From Balanoglossus misakiensis (Eukaryota > Animalia > Hemichordata), in NCBI GenBank assembly GCA_040954595.2, contig CM082576.2:19763028-19827027 (forward strand): a stretch of DNA of 64,000 nt, given 5' to 3'. A program made the position numbers and the translations under genes. Below the pieces are notes generated by a model that was not told where the DNA came from, ran no database searches, and saw only the letters and a list, made by a program, of their open reading frames with translations. The first letter of the stretch is position 1. Each line of letters starts with the position of its first letter. Positions 37,601 to 51,079 of the stretch are shown piece after piece.

Positions 37601-39270
37601 CTAACCAAAAGGGCTAGAGATCTGGTTTTTGTTGGACATGGACCACTATGGGTCAAAATTTTCTGCCCAAATTGTGGGTGACCTCTGGGTGACCTTTGAC
37701 CTACTTAACACTATATCAACACCAAACATAGATATAACCTTGATATTTCATGGGATAAAACACAGCATTATGTTCCTACTCATTAATTATGTGCATATCT
37801 AATAATCAGATCAGATAATAGAGCTTGGGCCCGGACAATGCTGCTTGCAGCTTTAATTAGGGCCCAAGCGCAAGCCAGCGCTTGGGCCCTATTGGTTTCG
37901 TTGGGGTTTTTCTGTCTTTCCTTCTTTCTTTCTTTCTTTCTTCTTTCTTTATTCTTCTGTCAATTCTTTGTCGCTCTAGATCTCAGACACCACTGCAGGT
38001 ACAGTTCTCAAACTTGCTACAGTGGTCAAGGTCAATGAGTAGTCGTGCATTGAACCCATGAATTTTTAATTAGTCACATGACCTGGCGGCCATCTTGGAT
38101 TTTCTGAAAAAATGCAAATCTCAGATCTCAGAAACTACAAGTCAGATCAACTTCAAATTTGGCGTGCAGGTAGACTACCTTCTGTCAATCATTTTTGTAA
38201 TTGGAAATTATGCTGACAAAGTTGCAGTTTTTTTGCTACAATTTTTTTTCTGAAATCTGGCTTAAATTTCAAAAATCTTCTTCTCCAGAACCGGTGATAA
38301 CCGAGACACGGGGTTTGGGGTATGTGGTCACCTAACTGATGTCTATCAAGTTTGCGAAGATCATTGTGATTGGTCGAAGATTATGGCGGCCATATTGGAT
38401 TTTCGAAAAACCCTAGTAAAATTTCAAAAATCTTCTTCTCAAGAACCAGCGATAACCGAGTCGCAAGATTTGGTGTGTGTGTTCATTAAACAGATGTCTA
38501 TCAAGTTTGGGAAGAGGAATGTGATTGGTCGAAGATTATGGCGGCCATATTGGATTTTGTAAAAAGCAGTGAAAAATTAAAATTCCTTTTTCTAGTATAA
38601 AAATTAATAGCATACAAATTCTTTTTATGGATATCAATCGTCATATGACTACAATATGTTACAAATTTTTGGCGATTTTTCACATGACCTTTGACCTACT
38701 TTTCACACATTATTATTTCTGCATATCTATTTCCAGGCTAACCTATAGGGCTAGACGTTTTGTTTTTGATGCATGTGGATTAGTGTGTGATCAAAATATT
38801 TTGCTACTTTTCATGACCCCTTTGACCTCTGCTGACCTCATTAATTATGTGCATAGCTAATTACAGGCGAACCAATTGAGCTAGAGGTTTGGTTTTTGTT
38901 GGACATGGACCAGTATGGGGTCAAAATTTTTTGCCCAAATTTTGGATGACCTCAGATGACCTTTGACCTACTTTTGCATATCTCAGCATCCAAAGCAGGC
39001 ACAGCCTTGGCATTTGGAGGTATGGGGCCATAATGAAAAGCCAAAGTTTTGGGTCATCTGTGACACCTGCTTTACGCATTATTTATCTGCATACCTAATT
39101 CCGGGCTAACCAAAAGGGCTAGAGGTCTGGTTTTTGTTGGACATGGACCACTATGGGTCAAAATTTTCTGCCCAAATTTTGGGTTTCCTCGGGTGACCTT
39201 TGGCCTACTTTTGCATATCTCGACATCCACAGCAGATACAGCCTTGGTATTTGGAGGTATGGGGCCATAG
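31642..39270 (+). mobile_element. Nested cluster 1 of non-autonomous Helentron (HINE/DINE-1-like) elements
   Basis: Five stacked palindromic heads (31642, 31698, 31751, 31804, 31859); four bodies ending in subTIR CTTGGGCCC plus GCTGCTYGCAGC hairpin plus TTTAAT (33586, 35010, 36443, 37857); a sixth head at 37858 whose body runs into unique DNA at about 39270. (TTTC)n follows the heads; no TSDs; T-rich junctions. Confidence 0.85.
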
Positions 39271-42200
39271 TAGGTTCATTCTTGTCCCTGGGGTGTCCTT
39301 GTCTTATTTTTCCATATCTCGACTTTCAGAGCAGATAAAGTATTTGTATTTGGTATGTCGAAACACTTTACGGGTTGTTATACTTAAGCAAATTGTATGC
39401 CTAATAATAAGAGGGCCATAGATGTTTTGTGTTTTGGATATGTACTAGTATGTGACAAAATTAAATGACAAAAGTTTGTATGGCCATTGGGTGATATATC
39501 AGCCAAACCAGATTTATTGTACAGAGTAAAGATAGATAAGAAAATCAGACATAGAAGTTATGTTTTAAGTGGTCAGAGACCTATAATGTACATTAAAATA
39601 AAGAGATAACTACAATAAAGGCTGCTTTCAAACAAGCACTGATTCAACTGAAAGGTTTATCTTAAATAAATAAAAGGTTGATAACAGTAGAGGTTTGTGT
39701 TTGTTATTGCAAGAATAAGACATCAAATCAGGTCGAATAATCAATATCATTCAAGGTAAGCTAATTACCAGGTCCAAATAATAAATAAGAGAAAAATGAC
39801 AATTTCTACAGGATCATTTTGAACCACTGCTAAGCTCTTGTACCAGGTGTCCGGAATGGGTAAGTGTACCCTCCTAGCATGTTACACCCGTCAAGACTGA
39901 CCACAAGTGACAAATTGTAGTAAAATTTGACTTAACTACCAAATTACTGATGCAAGTTAAATCCAGGAATGCTGTCACTCATCATTTGAGTAACATACGG
40001 CATCTTTGGAAACAACATCATCTATCTACCATAGAACTACTTAAATGACCTAACTGTTCTGCTTTTGCAGAATCCTTATCTTACAAGCTTGAACATTAAT
40101 AAGCTGTGTCTTACTCTAAAATCCTCATATGACTCACATGCTCTACAGTATCTTAGGCACTGTTTTTGGCTATTATGTGATGATGCACACTTTGCCATTT
40201 ATAATTCATCTGTTACCCAGTAGTTTTATATTGAAGCAAACCAAGCTGGCTTTAATCTAATGACTATGGCCAAGTGTAGTAACATACAATATTTAATTCT
40301 TCCACCAAGAGAATTGGTGTACTTAAGTTACCATCTATCTTAATCATTTGAATTTCCAGTATTCCTTTCAGTGCATGTTGACATATAAAATACTTAAAAA
40401 CATATATATTAAGAGGACATATCTAATATAACACTTATTAAGTGTGGAAATCTGACCCTGGCAAAAGTCTACTAGAATTTCAAAATGCAGTTTTTGGCCC
40501 TTTTTGTGATATCATTCAAGAATACAGGGAATACTTGCATAATGTTTCTCACTGTGCAATATAACTTCAGTGCATAAACAAAAAACAGGGTCAGAAATTA
40601 CCCCTTTGCTATATAAAACGTGGTGATTCTATGTGTGACATTCAGATTAAATAAACTACATTGTTTCTCTTGGATACATAACATATTGCCATCATGGTAC
40701 TGTACATGACAGCTAGAGTAATTCATACTCTATAATCTCATTCTAAGCTCGATGTGGTCTAAACAGTTTGCAACTATGGCTATACAGTCAAATACATGGA
40801 TCGAAGTTTAACCAACAGTCAAAAACAGGATGGACATCATAAATTATTTTACTGAATCATTGAATGTTCTATCTTGTACATGTATGTGTACCGTATGTGC
40901 ATAGTGCAGATTGAGTACAGTTCACCAATATTTCAGCATGTTTCAACTATTAAAACAACAGAAACAGTTTTTAATATTAAAGAAAACTCTTAACAATTGC
41001 TGAATAAGAGTTTGTCTCTTAAAAGCATGCATCTATATATGAAATGAACAATTTGTAGATGTGTCACTGTTTTAAAGCAAGCTAGGCACAGGCTAATCTT
41101 TTACAATACAATGTTCCTTGTTGACTTCTGCAGGGTTCAATGAACACCAATAGCTTAATCCACACATGGTAGTGATATGAACAAAGTTATATAATTAACA
41201 CATATATATTAAATACAGATATTTCTGTTTGTAAATATTTCCATTTTTTCTATTTATGCCGATTAATCCATAGGATATGAAAACCCTTTCCATACAGATC
41301 GAAACATTATCTTTCTATTATATCCGTCATGCAGCAGACTACAGTTCATTAACAGCATAGCATTCCTAATAATGTTTCTGGGTAATTATGGAGCTTGCTC
41401 AAAAGCACACATTGTTGCTATGTATATGTGTGACACTTTAATAATGAGACAAACTCTCAGACCCACTATCTTGTGACAGTGTTCTATTTGCTTTTTCCCT
41501 TCGACCAAATTCACATCTACAGTTCACTTGTATTAAAATGCATTGGTTTCAGTGCTGTATATTCACATGTGCTATCTACACTGAAATGCCATACAGCTTC
41601 TGTGGGAACAGCTCAACAAATACCATTCGAAGAAATTAATTATTAACCCCTGTTTCTCCAGGTCAATGTACCATATTTTTACTTTAATACAATCTTCTAT
41701 TCTTCACACTACATTTGATGATAAAATTTACAATTTCCAACATCAATTTATATTAGAATTAATGTTCTAATCCAACCAACTTGACTTTTAACTGTCATAA
41801 AATATTCTACAGACAGAATGATGTGTGATGATAAACTTTAGAATGGCAAACCATTCAGTAAATGCTCAAATAAAGCCAACTATGCTGATCAAAATGTTTA
41901 TAATTGTAAAATATCCAACACACACAATCTTTTTTTGATAACAAAACAAAGTTGTAAAGATTTCAATTACTTTTCTAACAAGATGTAACAGCACTGATTC
42001 TAAATAATTAATCACCCTTAAATAATCAATGAACACAACCATGTTTAATAATAAATCTGACAATTTCAAAGATGTTACTTAGTGTTGTAATGAAAATGAA
42101 AATTTCATGTATGTCATGTTGACACAAACTTTAAAAACATAAAATCTCCAACAGACAGTATTTCATTTGAGAAAAAGAATACAAGTTCAGACATTTCAAG

Positions 42201-42749
42201 CCACATTGTTTCCAAATAAATAGTTATCAAATACACAGAACCATGTTTGATAATAACAATGACAATTTAAACATTTCAATTAATGTTGTAAAATAACTAT
42301 CTTGAGTCAAATTCGGTTATTTACAAGGAATACCAAACACTAGTAAACTTTTTCCATAATTAAATGTACAATTTCAAACATTACTTTTACTCTCATAATA
42401 AAAGCAAATATCTTTACTACAATTAATAATTATCCAGTATTACAGTATACAATAAGATGTTCAAAATACAGCATCTGACTATCGTTTGACAAAATGCAAT
42501 AAATACACTATACCACACAGAATTGAAGGCAGAGAAATTATATATATATACTCAATATTGAGTCTGCACACAAAGATGATTATCCCATGATGTTACTGTA
42601 ATATTTAACATTGTAATTACATCCTCCGGAGCTTCCAAATTGAACGATAACACTTTCCATGAAATGGATTAATTGCCATAAAATACTTAACATATTTAAG
42701 AATAATGTTGTATATTCATAGAAAATGCCTCCACATCATACTGGTACAC

Positions 42750-42774
42750 ATGCACACACATACATGCCAGTACA

Positions 42775-42806
<32 letters not shown>

Positions 42807-42900
42807 CATGCATGCATGCATGCATACATACATACATACACACACACACATACACATGCATATACACATGTACATATGTTACAAAATGTACATATGCCAG
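42750..42900. repeat. (CATA)n/(CA)n microsatellite
   Basis: Directly visible. Confidence 0.9.
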
Positions 42901-43489
42901 TGCATACATGACACAGACATACAGACAGATAAAACATTATGACAGCCAGGCAGCCTGTCTTAAATTACTCAATCCTTCGCCTGAGTTTATCTTCTTCTGA
43001 AAGTTAAATCATTTCAAATTTGTACCAAAATATATTTTAATTCTTCTCTATATTAAACACATTTATACTACATCACATCACCTAATCGGCCTTGAAGTCT
43101 GGATATCCACATATCCTTTTCACCTTAACAACATTCTCCTCGCTTTAAAAAGGCAGCTAGAGTTGTAACCTTTCGCGACTTCACAGCACACTTGACTGTT
43201 TTATTTAAATATTTGAATATTCTTGACATCTTCAAACCACACAAACTTCAATTGTGTACCTTTTTGTATGACCTGTGGTCAATGACAATTTACCTCTCTG
43301 TTTCACTAACTATTGTTCATTAGTGTCTCACCAATACAGTACATGACATAAAAATCAAGGAAATCTTTTTGTTCCAACTGTCAATACATCCATATGTAAA
43401 TTTGCAATATCCTATGCTGGTACTGTATTATGGGGAACTTTGCCACATCAGATCAAAAACGTCATCAAAAATAGAAATTATAAACTAGA

Positions 43490-43525
43490 ATTTATTTATT
43501 TATTTATTTATTCATTTATTTATTT

Positions 43526-43570
<45 letters not shown>

Positions 43571-43765
43571 TTCATTTATTCATTTATTTATTTATTTATT
43601 TATTTATTCATTCATTTATTTATTTATTTATTATTTTATTAATTTATTAATTTATTTATTTTTTATTTGTTTGTTTGTTTGTTTATTTGTTTATTTATTT
43701 ATTTATTTATATATTTATTTATTTATTTATCAGTACATTTATTTATCAGTATATTTATTTATTAG
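43490..43765. repeat. (TTTA)n microsatellite
   Basis: Directly visible. Confidence 0.95.
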
Positions 43766-44060
43766 TCTATTTTCATACATTGTATTAACTGATTGATGAT
43801 TTATTTTTGAACATTTTAGTATCTGTAGCACCTTTACAACATTGATTAATTGTATTTTCTGTTATAATATATTTTAACCCTGTAAACAGTTCTCCTATTT
43901 TCTGTTTTGTTTCACCCTCAGTTTAATCCTTTCTCAGTTTTATCCTTAACTGCATGCAGATGTGGTTGTCATCATATTGGAATTGTGTTGATGTATGTAT
44001 AAATTTTATGACAATGCTCTTTATCCTGTATTTGTAACTTGATTAGTGAGCCTGAAGACA

Positions 44061-47000
44061 TTTTTAGGGGCACAAGCCTATCGGGCTTGTGCCCCTATTG
44101 GTATTGTTGGAATTTTTGGGGGCACAAGCGCCCTCAGGCGGCTTGTGCCCCCATTGTTATTGTTGGAATTTTTCTTATTATTATTACGGGCCCAAGCCAA
44201 GCCAGGCTTGGGCCCGTATTGGTTTCGTTGGGGTTTTTAGGGCCCAAGCGCATACCAGCGCTTGGGCCCTATTGGTTTCGTTGGGGTTTTTCAGTCTTTC
44301 TTTCTTTCCTTCTTTATTCTTGGTTCCATTTTTCGGCCACCTAAATCTCAAAAACTGCAGCACCAACCAGGCTGAAACTTGGTAGGCAGATAGGGGCCAA
44401 TGAGTAGATGTGCAGTGGCTCGTGAATATTTAATTAGTCACGTGACCTGGCGGCCATATTGGATTTTCTGAAAAAATGCAAATCTCAGATCTCAGAAACT
44501 ACAAGTCAGATTGACTTCAAATTTGGTGTGCAGCTAGTATACCTTATGCCCATCATTTTTGTAATTGGAAATTATGCTGTCAATGTTGCAGTTTTTTTGC
44601 TACAGTTGTTTTTCTGAAATCTGGTCAAAATTTCAAAAATCTTCTTCTCCAGAACCGGCGATAACCGAGTCACGCGGTTTGGGGTATGTGGTCACCAAAC
44701 TGAGGTCTATCAAGTTTGCGAAGATCATTGTGATTGGTCGAAGATTATGGCGGCCATATTGGATTTTCGAAAAACCCTAGTAAAATTTCAAAAATCTTCT
44801 TCTCAAGAACGGGCAATAACTGAGTCACAAGATTTGGTGTGTGTTGTCATTAAACAGATGTCTATCAAGTTTGCGAAGGGGAATGTGATTGGTCGAAGAT
44901 TATGGCGGCCATATTGGATTTTGTGAAAAACGATTAAAAAGTAAAAATTCCCTTTCTAGCCTAAAAATTGATAGCACAGAAATTCTTTTTATGGATATGA
45001 ATCATCATATGCCAAGAATAAGCTATAAATATTTTGGTAATTTTGGCAATGACCTTTGACCTACTTTTGATGCATCATTTTTCTGCATATCTAATTCCAG
45101 GCTAACCTTTAAGGCTATCATTTTGGTTTTTGATGTATGTGGATTTGAATGTGATCAAAAAATTTTGCTACTTTTCATGACCCCTTTGACCTCTGCTGAC
45201 CTCATTAAATATGCACATACCTAATTACAGATGAACCAATAGACCTAGAGGTTTTGTTTTTGTTATACATGGACCAGTATCGGGTCAAAATATTTTGCCC
45301 AAATGTTGGGTGACCTCGGGTGACCTTTGACCTACTTAACACTATATCAGCATCAGATCAGATAATAGAGCTTGGGCCCGGACAATGCTGCTTGCAGCTT
45401 TAATTCTTTCTTTCTTTCTTTATTCTTGGTTCACTTCTTTCGCGCTCTAGATCTCAGACACCGCTGCAGGTACAGTTCTCAAACTTGCTACAGTGGTCAA
45501 GGTCAATGAGTAGATGTGCAGTGACTTGTGAATACTTAATTAGTCACGTGACATGGCGGCCATATTGGATTTTCTGAAAAAATGCAAATCTCAGATCTCA
45601 GAAACTACAAGTCAGATCGAGTTCAGATTTGGCGTGCTGGTAGTATACCCTCTGCCCATCATTTTTGTAATTGGATATTTTGCTGTCAATGTTGCAGTTT
45701 TTTTGCTACAGTTGTTTTTCTGAAATCTGGTCAAAATTTCAAAAATCTTCTTCTCCAGAACCGGCAATAACCGAGTCACGCCGTTTGGGGTATGTGGTCA
45801 CCTAACTGATGTCTATCAAGTTTGCGAAGATCATTGTGATTGGTCGAAGATTATGGCGGCCATATTGGATTTTCGAAAAACCATAGTAAAACTTCAAAAA
45901 TCTTCTTCTCCAGAACGGGCGATGACCGAGTCACAAGATTTGGTGTGTGTGGTCATTAAACAGATGTCTATCAAGTTTGCGAAGGGGAATGTGATTGGTC
46001 GAAGATTATGGCGGCCATATTGGATTTTGTGAAAAACGATTAAAAAGTAAAAATTCCTTTTCCAGCCTAAAAATTGATAGCACAGAAATTCTTTTTATGG
46101 ATATGAATCATCATATGACAAGAATAACCTAAAAATATTTTGGTAATTTTGGCAATGACCTTTGACCTACTTTTGACGCATCATTTTTCTGCATATCTAA
46201 TTCCAGGCTAACCAATAGGGCTATAGGTTTGGTTTTTGATGTATGTGGATTTGTATGTGATCAAAAAATTTTGCTACTTTTCATGACCCCTTTGACCTCT
46301 GCTGACCTCATTAAATATGCATATACCTAATTACAGATGAACCAATAGACCTAGAGGTTTTGTTTTTGTTATACATGGACCAGTATGGGGTCAAAATATT
46401 TTGCCCAAATGTTGGGTGACCTCGGGTGACCTTTGACCTACTTAACACTATATTAGCATCAGATCAGATAATAGAGCTTGGGCCCGGACAATGCTGCTTG
46501 CAGCTTTAATTACGGGCCCAAGCCAAGCCAGGCTTGGGCCCGTATTGGTTTCGTTGGGGTTTTTCTTTCTTTCTTTCTTTCTTTCTTTATTCTTGGTTCA
46601 CTTCTTTCGCGCTCTAGATCTCAGACACCGCTGCAGGTACAGTTCTCAAACTTGCTACAGTGGTCAAGGTCAATGAGTAGATGTGCAGTGACTTGTGAAT
46701 ACTTAATTAGTCACGTGACATGGCGGCCATATTGGATTTTCTGAAAAAATGCAAATCTCAGATCTCAGAAACTACAAGTCAGATCGAGTTCAGATTTGGC
46801 GTGCTGGTAGAATACTCTCTGCCCATCATTTTTGTAATTGGATATTTTGCTGTCAATGTTGCAGTTTTTTTGCTACAGTTGTTTTTCTGAAATCTGGTCA
46901 AAATTTCAAAAATCTTCTTCTCCAGAACCGGCGATAACCGAGTCACGCCGTTTGGGGTATGTGGTCACCTAGCTGATGTCTATCAAGTTTGCGAAGATCA

Positions 47001-50000
47001 TTGTGATTGGTCGAAGATTATGGCGGCCATATTGGATTTTCGAAAAACCATAGTAAAACTTCAAAAATCTTCTTCTCCAGAACGGGCGATAACCGAGTCA
47101 CAAGATTTGGTGTGTGTGGTCATTAAACAGATGTCTATCAAGTTTGCGAAGGGGAATGTGATTGGTCGAAGATTATGGCGGCCATATTGGATTTTGTGAA
47201 AAACGATTAAAAAGTAAAAATTCCTTTTCTAGCCTAAAAATTGATAGCACAGAAATTCTTTTTATGGATATGAATCATCATATGACAAGAATAACCTATA
47301 AATATTTTGGTTATTTTGGCAATGACCTTTGACCTACTTTTGACGCATCATTTTTCTGCATATCTAATTCCAGGCTAACCAATACAGTGCAGCTTAGGAA
47401 TAGCTTTCCAATTTGCTAACAACTTGCTGACACGGTGTTTATAATGGGCCAGCTCAGTGTTAGCCTGTGTGTTCCAAGTGTTACAAAGGTGTGAATCTGC
47501 TGGCCCTGGCACTTGGCATTGTTCAGTGTTAGCACCTTGGCGCACCCTATTGTTTTGGCACACAGTGTTAGCCTGTGTGTTCCAAGTGTTACAAAGGTGT
47601 GAATCTGTTGGCCCTGGCACTTGGCATTGTTCAGTGTTAGCACCTTGGCGCACCCTATTGTTTTGGCACACCCCAGTTAAACACAAGCCCAATAGGTGCT
47701 AATTAGAGCGCCAATAGGGTGCCAACCCAGAGTTGACCCAGTGTTTTAAACAGAGCTGACCCAGTGTTGGTGCAGTTGGAAAGCTATTCCTAAGCTGCAC
47801 TGTAGGGCTATAAGTTTGGTTTTTGATGTATGTGGATTTGTATGTGATCAAAAAATTTTGCTACTTTTCATGACCCCTTTGACCTCTGGTGACCTCATTA
47901 AATATGCATATACCTAATTACAGATGAACCAATAGACCTAGAGGTTTTGTTTTTGTTATACATGGACCAGTATGGGGTCAAAATATTTTGCCCAAATGTT
48001 GGGTGACCTCGGGTGACCTTTGACCTACTTTTGCATATCTCGACATCCACACCAGATACAGCCTTGGCGTTTGGAGGTATGGGGCCATAATGAAAAGCCA
48101 AAGTTTTGGGTCACCTGTGACACCTGCTTAACTCATTATTTATGTGCATACCTAATTCCGGGCTAACCAAAAGGGCTAGAGGTCTGTTTTTTGTTGGACA
48201 TGGACCACTATTGGTCAAAATTTTCTGCCCAAATTTTGAGTGACCTCAGATGACCTTTGACCTACTTTTGCATATCTCGGCATCCAAAGCAGGTACAGCC
48301 TTGGCATTTGGAGATATGTGGACATAATGAAATGCCAAAGTTTTGGGTCACCAGTGACACCTGCTTAACTCATTATTTATGTGCATACCTAATTCCGGGC
48401 TAACCAAAAGGGCTAGAGGTCTGGTTTTTGTTGGACATGGACCACTATGGGTAAAATTTTCTGCCCAAATTGTGGGTGACCTCTGGGAGACCTTTGACCT
48501 ACTTAACACTATATCAGCACCAAAAATACATATAACCTTGATATTTCATGGGATAAAACACAGCATTATGTTTCTACTCATTAATTATGTGCATATCTAA
48601 TAATCAGATCAGATAATAGAGCTTGGGCCCGGACAATGCTGCTTGCAGCTTTAATTATTATTATTCTTCTTCTTCCGAGAAATATGTCATTGTAAATCTG
48701 GAAAACGGCAGCACCTAGGGGGCCGAAACTTGGTAGGGTGGTAGGGGCCAATGAGTAGACGTGCAGTGGCCCGTGAATATTTAATTAGTCACGTGACCTG
48801 GCGGCCATATTGGATTTCCTGAAAATCGTTAAATGAGTCCTTCTCAAAAACCACTGGGCCGATCGAGTTCAAATTTGGTGTGCAGGTAGCCTACCTTCTG
48901 TCCATCATTTTACCCCATTGAAATCATGACGTCATACATAAAGTTTTTTTGCTACAATTGTTTTTCTGAAAAACTACTTTAAACTTTAAAAATCTTCTTC
49001 TCCAGAACCAGCGGTTACCGAGTCTCGGGATTTGGGATATGTGGTCACCTAACCTATGTCTATCAAGTTTGCGAAGCGCACTGTGATTGGTCGATCATTA
49101 TGGCGGCCATATTGGATTTTCGGAAAACCATTGAAAAGTGATAATTCCGTTTTGTAGCCAAAATGATGACAGCATGGAAATTCTTTTTTTGGATATGAGT
49201 CATCATATGACCGGAAGTTGTCACAATTTTTCAGGGCAATTTTCACATGACCTTTGACCCAGTTTAAAACAACTAATTATATATGCATATTCCCCATACC
49301 TCCTCTTGTCAAAGCATCACAGTCATGAATTTTGTGGACATGGGTACCAATGCTGCCAGGACATGACACAAATATTTTGGTAATTTTGGCAATGACCCTT
49401 GACCTATTTCTGAAACATCATTTTTCTGCATATCTAATTCCAGGCTAACCAATAGGGCTAGAGGTCTGGTTTTAGTTGGACATGGCCCACTCTGGGGTCA
49501 AAATTTTATGCCCAAATTTTGGGTGACCTTGGATGACCTTTGATCTACTTTCCCATATCTCAGCATCCACAGCAGTTAGAGTCCTGGCTTTTGTGGGGCA
49601 GATGGAGCACATATGGAGTCTTACACAAGACCTCATTAATTATGCACATACCTAATTCTAGGCGAACCAATAGAGCTAGGGGTCTTGTTTTTGTTGGACC
49701 TAGACTTGTATGGGGTCCGATTTTTTTGCCCAAATTTGGGGTGACCTCAGGTGACCTTTGACCTACTTTCCAATATCTTGGCATCCACAGCAGATACAGC
49801 CTTGGCATTTGCTGGTTACCATGGGAACCGCTTGTGCCCCGCCAACGCTGCTTGCAGCTTTAATTCTTATTATTATTATTCTTCTTCTTCCGAGAAATAT
49901 GTCATTGTACATCTGGAAAACCGCAGCACCTAGGGGGCCGAAACTTGGTAGGGTGGTAGGGGCCAATGAGTAGATGTGCAGTGGCTCGTGAATATTTAAT

Positions 50001-51079
50001 TAGTCACGTGACCTGGCGGCCATATTGGATTTCCTGAAAATCGTTAAACAAGTCCTTCTCAAAAACCACTGGGCTGATCGAGTTCAAATTTGGTGTGCTG
50101 GTAGCCTACCTTATGTCCATCATTTTACCCTATTAAAATCATGACGTCATACATAAAGTTTTTTTGCTACAATTGTTTTTCTGAAAAACCGCTTAAAACT
50201 TTAAAAATCTTCTTCTCCAGAACCAGTGATTGCCGAGTCACGGGATTCGGGGTATGTGGTCACCTAACCTATGCCTATCAAGTTTGCGAAGCGCATTGTG
50301 ATTGGTCGATCATTATGGCGGCCATGTTGGATTTTCGAAAAACCATTGAAAAATGAAAATTCCGTTTTGTAGCCAAAATGTTGACAGCGCGGAAATTCTT
50401 TTTTTCGATATGAGTCATTATATGACCGGAAGTTGTCACAATTTTTCGGGGCAATTTTCACATGACCTTTGACCCAGTTTTAAAACAACTAATTATATAT
50501 GCATATTCCCCATACCTCCTCTTGTCAAAGCACCACAGTCATGAATTTTGTGGACATGGGTACCAATGCTGCCAGGACATGACACAAATATTTTGGTAAT
50601 TTTGACAATGACCTTTGACCTATTTCTGAAACATCATTTTTCTGCATATCTAATTCCATGCTACCCAATAGGGCTAGAGGTCTGGTATTGGTTGGACATG
50701 GCCCACTCTGGGGTCAAAATTTTATGCCCTAATTTTGGGTGACCTTGGGTGACCTTTGATCTACTTTCCCATATCTCAGCATCCAGAGCAGTTAGAGCCC
50801 TGGCTTTTATGGGGATTGAGCACATAATGGAGTCTTACTCAAGACCTCATTAATTATGTGCATACCTAATTGCAGACGAACCAATAGGGCTAGGGGTCTG
50901 GTTTTTTGTTGGATCTAGACTAGTATGGGGTCCAATTTTTTTGCCCAAATTTGGGGTGACCTCAGGTGACCTCTGACCTACTTTCCCATATCTTGGTATC
51001 CCCAGCAGATACAGCCGTGGCATTTGCTGGTCACCATGGGAACCGCTTGTGCCCCGCCAACGCTGCTTGCAGCTTTAAT
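44061..51079 (+). mobile_element. Nested cluster 2 of non-autonomous Helentron elements (5 heads, 5 tails, two subfamilies)
   Basis: Heads at 44065 and 44117 (GGGGCACAAG type) and 44185, 44238, 46511 (GGGCCCAAG type). Tails at 45404, 46510, 48655 (CTTGGGCCC) and 49864, 51079 (CTTGTGCCCC). Confidence 0.88.
47385..47802. mobile_element. Tc1/mariner-type MITE (418 bp) inserted in a HINE body
   Basis: Perfect 27-bp TIR CAGTGCAGCTTAGGAATAGCTTTCCAA; TA TSD (47383-84, 47803-04); empty site CTAACCAATAGGGCTATA present in sister bodies; internal 108-bp tandem duplication at 47455-47670. Confidence 0.92.

Noticed and set aside
42705-43796. HTYI- and IYLF-rich ORFs
   Set aside because: Microsatellite translations.
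32098-46937. Recurrent ORFs of about 61-77 aa (MQISDLRNYK..., MDINRH...)
   Set aside because: Chance frames in HINE bodies; stops and frameshifts vary between copies.
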